A stretch of 64,000 nucleotides of DNA from Escherichia phage vB_EcoM_11B_SA_NWU. A program made the translations under genes and the position numbers. The stretch lies in the sequence record OR062527; one strand, 5' to 3'. Shown here one piece after another: positions 58,345-64,000 of the stretch. A model generated the notes under the pieces. It ran no database searches. It saw nothing but the letters and a program-made list of their open reading frames with translations, and was not told the origin of the DNA. The number at the start of each line of letters is the position of its first letter. Position 1 is the first letter of the stretch.

Positions 58345-59669
58345 TTGATTTCCTCTAAATCTTTGGTGTATTCTGTAACTACATCAGTAGTTTTCCAGTA
58401 TTCGTTTTCTTCTTTTTTAGCTTTAGCTTCTTCAGCAAGTTTCTTTGCTTCATCAGAAGTCATATGAAAAATATTCATTCCAACCAGTTTATCAACATAA
58501 GAAGAATACATATCAATTTTAGAAAGTTCTTCGGTCAGTTCTTTGCGAGTTTTACCTTGCACAACAATTTCACCTGAAATTACTTTCTTAATGAAATGTG
58601 CCTTGGCAAAAGCTAAACGAAAAGCTGATTCAGTTTCTTTGATTTTGTTATCAATTCGTTTTTGGACATAAGTTTTACGAACTTCAACGAAGTCTTTGAT
58701 TAAATCAACTACGTTATCGTAAACTTGTAGTTTTCCTTTCTCATTAATAACCGTAATATTCTGAGAACGACGCTCAATCAACCCGAAGTCTTTCATAATT
58801 TTTGCGTGGCGTTCTTCTTCATTATCGCTCAAAGAATATTCTTTACGGAATTTAACTTTAAAGCCAAAACCATGCTCACCACAAGCATCATCCCATGTAA
58901 TGAAGCCTTTATCTTCAAGTGGGTCTAAGATTTTACTCACATAAGTTTCACGATCATACTTATACGGAATCTCAGTGATATGCATTTGAGTTCGTGAAGT
59001 AAACTTATATGTTCCACGAATTTCATATTGCCCATCAATTTCAACGACTTCACCACGAAATTCTGGGAATTCTACCTTCGGTTTAGTTACTTTCTTTCCT
59101 TGAAGAGCTTGTAATACAGCTTTCTTGACAGAAGAAACGCTATGAGGAAGAATGTAAGTTGCATAACCAGTTGCAATACCGGAAACACCATTAAGAAGAA
59201 CAGTAGGAATAATAGGCAAATAGAAAGCAGGCGGAATGTGTTCTTTATCTTGATGTACCGGAGCATATTCAGTATCTTTATATACGTTATAGAAATTTTT
59301 ACTTACACGAGCAAAAATATAACGACTTGCCGCTGCTTTTTGAACGGTACGAGAACCAAAGTTTCCTTGACCATCTAACAGAGGAAAGTTATTGTTCCAA
59401 GTATTCGCCATCAAAGCACCTGCATCTTGTGCAGAGTTTTCGCCATGATGATATCCAAGGTCCGCTACACCACCTGCAATAGAAGCGAGTTTGTGAAACT
59501 TATCTTTATTTCCTCGCGCCAAATCAAGAGCTCGAGCAATAACAAATCGTTGAACTGGCTTAAATCCATCAATCATATTTGGAATGGCACGATTTTCAAC
59601 CGTGTACATAGCATAAGCCAATGCTTCATTATCAATGATACTTTTTAAATCACGATTATTCAGTTGCAT
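58341..59669 (-). CDS. 52: Topoisomerase II medium subunit gp52
   Basis: 442 aa; matches T4 gp52. Confidence 0.93.
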   Translation of the reverse strand: MQLNNRDLKSIIDNEALAYAMYTVENRAIPNMIDGFKPVQRFVIARALDLARGNKDKFHKLASIAGGVADLGYHHGENSAQDAGALMANTWNNNFPLLDGQGNFGSRTVQKAAASRYIFARVSKNFYNVYKDTEYAPVHQDKEHIPPAFYLPIIPTVLLNGVSGIATGYATYILPHSVSSVKKAVLQALQGKKVTKPKVEFPEFRGEVVEIDGQYEIRGTYKFTSRTQMHITEIPYKYDRETYVSKILDPLEDKGFITWDDACGEHGFGFKVKFRKEYSLSDNEEERHAKIMKDFGLIERRSQNITVINEKGKLQVYDNVVDLIKDFVEVRKTYVQKRIDNKIKETESAFRLAFAKAHFIKKVISGEIVVQGKTRKELTEELSKIDMYSSYVDKLVGMNIFHMTSDEAKKLAEEAKAKKEENEYWKTTDVVTEYTKDLEEIK

Positions 59670-59673
59670 AAAT

Positions 59674-59814
59674 TTACCATACTAGTGAATGTAGTGCCAT
59701 AATAACATCAGAAATGAAAAGCACGACTTGAATTAATCCGAACATTATTCCGTAATATAATGCTACTAATAAAGTAGCAAGGGCTAATGAATAGCCCAAG
59801 ATTTTCTTAATCAT
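59674..59814 (-). CDS. Small membrane protein (46 aa), not in ORF track
   Basis: Hand translation MIKKILGYSLALATLLVALYYG...; ends 4 nt before gene 52 ATG. Confidence 0.4.
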   Translation of the reverse strand: MIKKILGYSLALATLLVALYYGIMFGLIQVVLFISDVIMALHSLVW

Positions 59815-59965
59815 TAGTAGATAACAACACAAATGTTAAATATGCACACATACCCTGGGCTAAAGCTTGTGAAAACACACTGCTAGCATCGATACAGATA
59901 GTTAAAACACATGCTACTATCCAACAAATAAATGAAATAACTCCTAATAATTTTGCGATATTCAT
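59807..59965 (-). CDS. Ac-like small membrane protein (52 aa)
   Basis: Start MNIAKLL preceded by SD gaggag; paralogous to adjacent 51-aa ORF. Confidence 0.55.
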   Translation of the reverse strand: MNIAKLLGVISFICWIVACVLTICIDASSVFSQALAQGMCAYLTFVLLSTND

Positions 59966-59975
59966 AATATTCTCC

Positions 59976-60131
59976 TCAACTATTTTTAGAACCAATGTAC
60001 GCGAATAATGATAAAATCGCTAATACGCCCTGAGCTGATGCTTGCAAAAATACTGAAGTTTCTCCAGTTATTACTGTTCCGATGCATAAAAAGAACCAAC
60101 AGAAAAAGGCTATACCGTGAACAAATTTCAT
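59976..60131 (-). CDS. Ac-like small membrane protein (51 aa), not in ORF track
   Basis: Hand translation MKFVHGIAFFCWFFLCIGTV...; shares F-CW..SVF.QA.AQG pattern with neighbour. Confidence 0.5.
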   Translation of the reverse strand: MKFVHGIAFFCWFFLCIGTVITGETSVFLQASAQGVLAILSLFAYIGSKNS

Positions 60132-60138
60132 ATTTTCC

Positions 60139-60219
60139 TCACTGGCGTCCGAAGACGCCTTTGGTTTTAAGATTGTTACGATAGAACTGCATCACATGTT
60201 CGTTATGGAAATTACTCAT
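60139..60219 (-). CDS. stp: Stp peptide (26 aa)
   Basis: Hand translation [26 protein letters not shown] matches T4 Stp from memory; TAATG overlap with ndd. Confidence 0.8.
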
Positions 60220-60674
60220 TAATATGCCTGCAAAACAAATTTAAAGTTATCAGCCAACATACGGTTCATTTCTTCAAGTGTTTGATACTCAGAATGATGA
60301 TTACGAGTAAACGCTAAAGCTAACTGACCCTTTCCAAATCCCGTCGTCAGAGGTTTCATCTTAGAAGCAGGCAGATAAAACACCGTGTATGGAACATTGT
60401 TATTTGCAATAGTACGCGCAAGCTGAGACCGACGCTGGCGAATATGACTTAGAACTGCACTGAATCCTTGTTTAGAACGCTGATTACCTACATAAAATCG
60501 TGCAGATACACACGGACTATCAAATGGACCACCAAATTTGCTCACTAAAAAGTAAAATCCAGGGTTAGACAAAATGTCTTTATGCGGAGTTCCAAAAACC
60601 CATTCACCACCCTTGATTGTACCAATAACAGTAGCGCCCGCATTATTCAGATCAGTAACAGTCATATATTTCAT
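60219..60674 (-). CDS. ndd: Ndd nucleoid disruption protein (start at internal Met MKYMTVTDL)
   Basis: 151 aa; matches T4 Ndd. Confidence 0.88.
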
Positions 60675-60734
60675 ATTAATTTCCTCTAAATTATTTTCTA
60701 CTCCAAGGCCGCATGAATACACGCGGCCATTAAA

Positions 60735-60950
60735 TTAATCGTCGCAGTCGACGCTCAATTCCCAAAACTCTTCTACAGTATAAGTTTCAGTATCATTTTC
60801 AATACAGAAACGTTCATTACTGTTATTTGCTAAAGTAGCATTAACTGTCAGTTTCTCGCTAGTGCTCTTAAGAGGTGAAATACGAATTAACTGATCACCA
60901 TTATCTAAACAGAAAATTTCACCAACTTTTACATCTTTAAAACTTTTCAT
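60735..60950 (-). CDS. Hypothetical protein (ndd.x cluster)
   Basis: 71-aa ORF. Confidence 0.5.
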   Translation of the reverse strand: MKSFKDVKVGEIFCLDNGDQLIRISPLKSTSEKLTVNATLANNSNERFCIENDTETYTVEEFWELSVDCDD

Positions 60951-61065
60951 AATTCACCTCAAGGAGTATAAAATCCGAATGCAGTTGTTGACCATCCCAT
61001 CCAGTATGGAAAATTTGCACCGATGTAGAACATAAAAATATAAAACCAACCGCTCAACAAATTCA

Positions 61066-61284
61066 TCATTTTACACCATTCCAAATTGTTTCAACTACGG
61101 ATTTTAAACCATTTTGATGAATATCCATTCCGACTACCGCCATCAAATAAATTCCAACTACAACTGAACCCAAAGCGAAAATCAGCATGAAAATGAATAA
61201 AGCCGGAAAAATATTATCGAAAAACCATTCAATAAATGTAAAAGCACTGCGTTTACGCTTCATATTTTCCTCACATAAATCCAA
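61066..61284 (-). CDS. Small membrane protein (ndd.x cluster)
   Basis: 72 aa with hydrophobic core. Confidence 0.5.
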   Translation of the reverse strand: MDLCEENMKRKRSAFTFIEWFFDNIFPALFIFMLIFALGSVVVGIYLMAVVGMDIHQNGLKSVVETIWNGVK

Positions 61285-61480
61285 AGTAAGCGTTTAATAC
61301 ATCAATCATTAAAACGATTGGGAATATACTCAAAACTATTAGTATTATAACTACATTCCATATAGCTTTAATAATCTTTTTCATTTTCTGTTCCTCCGTA
61401 GTTGATAGAGTAATAATACCACAGAGGAACAGTCTTGTAAACAACTTTTTAAAAATATTCGTAATAAATGTGAATACCAA
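61271..61480 (-). CDS. Small membrane protein (ndd.x cluster)
   Basis: 69 aa, two hydrophobic segments. Confidence 0.5.
   Translation of the reverse strand: MVFTFITNIFKKLFTRLFLCGIITLSTTEEQKMKKIIKAIWNVVIILIVLSIFPIVLMIDVLNAYFGFM
61405..61445 (-). promoter_or_regulatory. Early promoter GTTTACA-17-TATTAT
   Basis: Reverse complement gtttacaagactgttcctctgtggtattattactctatcaactac. Confidence 0.5.
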
Positions 61481-61626
61481 TCACTACTGCCGAAACTTGT
61501 GCAACCCACCACGCACAAGCAATAAGTACAGAATTCAAAATTTTCATAATAACCTCATTACAAAAGTAAATGTTAAACAAATTACCGGAATACTAATTAA
61601 CCAAACAAAACACCACCATAACGAAC

Positions 61627-61899
61627 TCATAGTTCAATCTCAGCGATTTTCATTTCATTACTATTAATAGCCGCTTTAAGACTATCTGAAAGAACTACAT
61701 TCCAGTGGTCATTCATATGACCATTAACTAAGCGTGTAATTTCTTCAGGAGTTGAAAAATAAGGCTGATCAGACTCCCAGTGTGATAATCCTAAGCGAGT
61801 ATAAATCATACCTTCATCATCGCTAGAATATTCAACTGACACAAACTCATCAGTTATTTTATGTTTAGCGTAATAAAATTTAAATTTCATTTTATTCAA
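61627..61899 (-). CDS. Hypothetical protein (ndd.x cluster)
   Basis: 90-aa ORF. Confidence 0.5.
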   Translation of the reverse strand: MNKMKFKFYYAKHKITDEFVSVEYSSDDEGMIYTRLGLSHWESDQPYFSTPEEITRLVNGHMNDHWNVVLSDSLKAAINSNEMKIAEIEL

Positions 61900-62201
61900 T
61901 AATCCACTAAAAGATCGACGATTGCATCACGAAGACATTTATTCGCAATACGTTTAAGAGCAATTTCAGTTTCAGGCGCATTTCGAATAATCATTGAATT
62001 CAATTCAGCTTCGGCAAACTGAAGTTCTTTAACTAATTCAGCTTTATATTTTCCTTGACCTTTCTTAGCTTTTGCTCGTTTTAATTCAGCTGTAGTAAAC
62101 ATTTTGTTCTCCAAATCCGTATCAGTTGATAGTTGTATAGTACCACAGTCCTTGTGGTATGTAAACCATTTTGTGAAAATTTTTAAATGGAAAGATACCA
62201 T
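61896..62201 (-). CDS. Hypothetical protein (ndd.x cluster)
   Basis: 101-aa ORF. Confidence 0.5.
   Translation of the reverse strand: MVSFHLKIFTKWFTYHKDCGTIQLSTDTDLENKMFTTAELKRAKAKKGQGKYKAELVKELQFAEAELNSMIIRNAPETEIALKRIANKCLRDAIVDLLVDY
62128..62168 (-). promoter_or_regulatory. Early promoter GTTTACA-17-TGgTACTAT
   Basis: Reverse complement gtttacataccacaaggactgtggtactatacaactatcaact. Confidence 0.55.
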
Positions 62202-62740
62202 CCGTTGTAGTTACTTTTTCTTACAACCTTACGAAGGTCTTCTCTATCACCGATGAACTTCGGAGTGTACTGGATGACACCTGGATGAATTTCTTTAGTG
62301 TTGAATATAATTATACAGTCTGCGACCTGATGATTTAGAATGGGCCCTAGATTTATTCCAGAACCGTACGGATACTCTCCGCTGCATCCTGTTGTTACCG
62401 AAATCCAACGAGAGTCAGTTTGATGTGTTTTGACTTCTACACGAAGCCCACAGTATTTTGGATGCGCCAATACATCCCATGCGTATGTATACGGGTCATT
62501 AACATCCTCTTGGCCTTTGTTAACATACCCGCTTAGCCAATCTGCTACAAAAAACTCTGCGTACACAGCGATACGACATCTTTCAATAACTTCTGCTTTA
62601 TCCTGGTTCGGGTTTTGTTTTAGAGAGTATCTTGCTGTATCAGCAATTTTGACCTTCATTTCACTAGTCAAGTCACTGTTCGATAGGGTAAATGTCGGAA
62701 TCTGAAATAGTCTCTGTAAACCTGGATTCGTTTTCTGCAT
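62183..62740 (-). CDS. denB: Endonuclease IV
   Basis: 185 aa; matches T4 EndoIV. Confidence 0.9.
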   Translation of the reverse strand: MQKTNPGLQRLFQIPTFTLSNSDLTSEMKVKIADTARYSLKQNPNQDKAEVIERCRIAVYAEFFVADWLSGYVNKGQEDVNDPYTYAWDVLAHPKYCGLRVEVKTHQTDSRWISVTTGCSGEYPYGSGINLGPILNHQVADCIIIFNTKEIHPGVIQYTPKFIGDREDLRKVVRKSNYNGWYLSI

Positions 62741-62804
62741 TAAACTTTCCTTTTATGTCGGAATCACCGATATTCATACAGTAAATCATAATTTTTCCTT
62801 AAAA

Positions 62805-62826
62805 CAAAAGGGCCGAAGCCCCTTAT
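62805..62826. terminator. Stem-loop gggc-cgaa-gccc flanked by A-run and T-run
   Basis: aaaagggccgaagccccttatttta; could terminate either direction. Confidence 0.45.
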
Positions 62827-62827
62827 T

Positions 62828-63022
62828 TTATTTGAATTGTGCAATTCTTTTTTCTAAACAATCTGCGTAAGATTTCATTGAGATGAACTGTGAAAGCAGT
62901 AATTCTTGCTCAACTTCATTAATCGTTAGAAACTTTGTGCTTTCTAAAAATTTGCTCAGTGCATTAATTTTGAGCATTAATTGATCGTATTCTTCTTTTA
63001 CTCGTGCTTGATAACCTAACAT
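62828..63022 (-). CDS. Hypothetical protein (denB.1 position)
   Basis: 64-aa ORF. Confidence 0.5.
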   Translation of the reverse strand: MLGYQARVKEEYDQLMLKINALSKFLESTKFLTINEVEQELLLSQFISMKSYADCLEKRIAQFK

Positions 63023-63050
63023 AATTTTCCTTAGTTAAGGGCCGAAGCCC

Positions 63051-63989
63051 TTATTTAAATTGTTCAGTAACGTCTTCAATTACTTCGTATTGGCAGGTAC
63101 GCATTTTAGCATCGTTGTAATCAATCGGAATTGATACTACATCGCGAGGATGTACTTTAACTTTTACAACTCGGCTGGTTGAACTGCCAAAGTGCCGAAT
63201 ATAAGATTTAGAACACACATGCAGACCACGAGAACAAGTTTGTGTATCATCGTCATTCACACGAGTACGTGGCATTTTAACTACTTTACCAGGACTGTTA
63301 TCAAAAGTATTTGAATGGCAGTCAAAGTAATTACTGCGAACTACTTTCCAAGCATAGAAGTAACCGTCTTCTGTAATTTCAATATCGTTTGCTACCAAGA
63401 AATCAAAGAGTCGAGATACCGCTTTTTGGCTCGGGTTTTCCAACAGATTTTCCAAGAACGGAAAATAAAATTCAAAGTTTTCGCCTTTTTCCATCGAATC
63501 GAGAATACGATCAACTAAACCAGATCGCAATTCAATATTTTGATAGAACAAGCTTCCACCTTCAATTCGAACATCACCGGAAATATATTTTTCAACAGCG
63601 CGACGAACGTTAATTTTTTGTGCTGCTTCTTCCAATTTATCTGCAACAAGCAGGTTAAGAATTTCCTGGAAGTTTGAATGAGTATTAGGAGTTGCGTTAT
63701 AAGTTACGCCGTCAACAGTAATTGAAATGAATTTTTTAGATGCATTCCAAATAATGTCAGATTTAGCAACTGGAGCAATAGCTACATCGCTCTTAACTTC
63801 AACTGTAATGTCACCGCTAATAGTAACTTTGGAGCGTTTAGCTTCTTCAGCATTTTTCAAAACACGACGGATGGTGTCAACCGATACATCTTTCCAATAA
63901 GCCAATTCCTGTTGGGTATAATTACCGCTTGAATACAGTTTAACAATTTCAGCTTGTTCGTTTTTGGTCAGGCATTTAATATTGTACAT
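63051..63989 (-). CDS. rIIB: rIIB
   Basis: 312 aa; matches T4 rIIB. Confidence 0.93.
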   Translation of the reverse strand: MYNIKCLTKNEQAEIVKLYSSGNYTQQELAYWKDVSVDTIRRVLKNAEEAKRSKVTISGDITVEVKSDVAIAPVAKSDIIWNASKKFISITVDGVTYNATPNTHSNFQEILNLLVADKLEEAAQKINVRRAVEKYISGDVRIEGGSLFYQNIELRSGLVDRILDSMEKGENFEFYFPFLENLLENPSQKAVSRLFDFLVANDIEITEDGYFYAWKVVRSNYFDCHSNTFDNSPGKVVKMPRTRVNDDDTQTCSRGLHVCSKSYIRHFGSSTSRVVKVKVHPRDVVSIPIDYNDAKMRTCQYEVIEDVTEQFK

Positions 63990-64000
63990 AATTTTCCTTA

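Overview
This window reads as a contiguous, gene-dense segment of a T4-like (T-even, Tequatrovirus-type) coliphage genome, running from the 3' end of major capsid gene 23 to rIIB. Identification rests on direct reading of the translated ORFs (catalytic motifs and near-complete agreement with T4 proteins as I recall them); no database search was possible. Gene content in order: head genes (23, 24, hoc, inh), rnlB, uvsW/uvsY, the baseplate cluster (25, 26, 51, 27, 28, 29, 48, 54), two tandem Alt-family ADP-ribosyltransferases, DNA ligase 30 with its small-ORF cluster, rIII, 31, cd, pseT, a spanin pair, alc, rnlA, denA, nrdB, nrdA, td, frd, 32, a GIY-YIG endonuclease, 59, 33, dsbA, rnh, long tail fibre genes 34-37 with a T2-type gp38 adhesin, holin t, asiA, arn, motA, 52, ac-like micro-genes, stp, ndd, denB and rIIB. 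Regulatory signals are visible throughout: TATAAATA late promoters, a repeated leftward early-promoter motif, GC-rich tetraloop hairpins, and frequent ATGA/TAATG start-stop overlaps. No tRNA, rRNA, CRISPR array or transposon was seen. I did not find a clear new multi-gene system; the most unusual loci are: (1) gp32 with a replaced C-terminal tail at a junction carrying a promoter-like repeat; (2) an extra ORF between frd and td, which overlap in T4; (3) Hoc with a tandemly duplicated Ig-like domain; (4) tandem Alt paralogs with diverged catalytic regions; (5) a NADAR/YbiA-like protein next to a HAD hydrolase; (6) intron-less td and nrdB with no segD but a seg-like endonuclease beside gene 32. 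Several sub-60-aa genes missing from the ORF track (stp and others) were recovered by hand.
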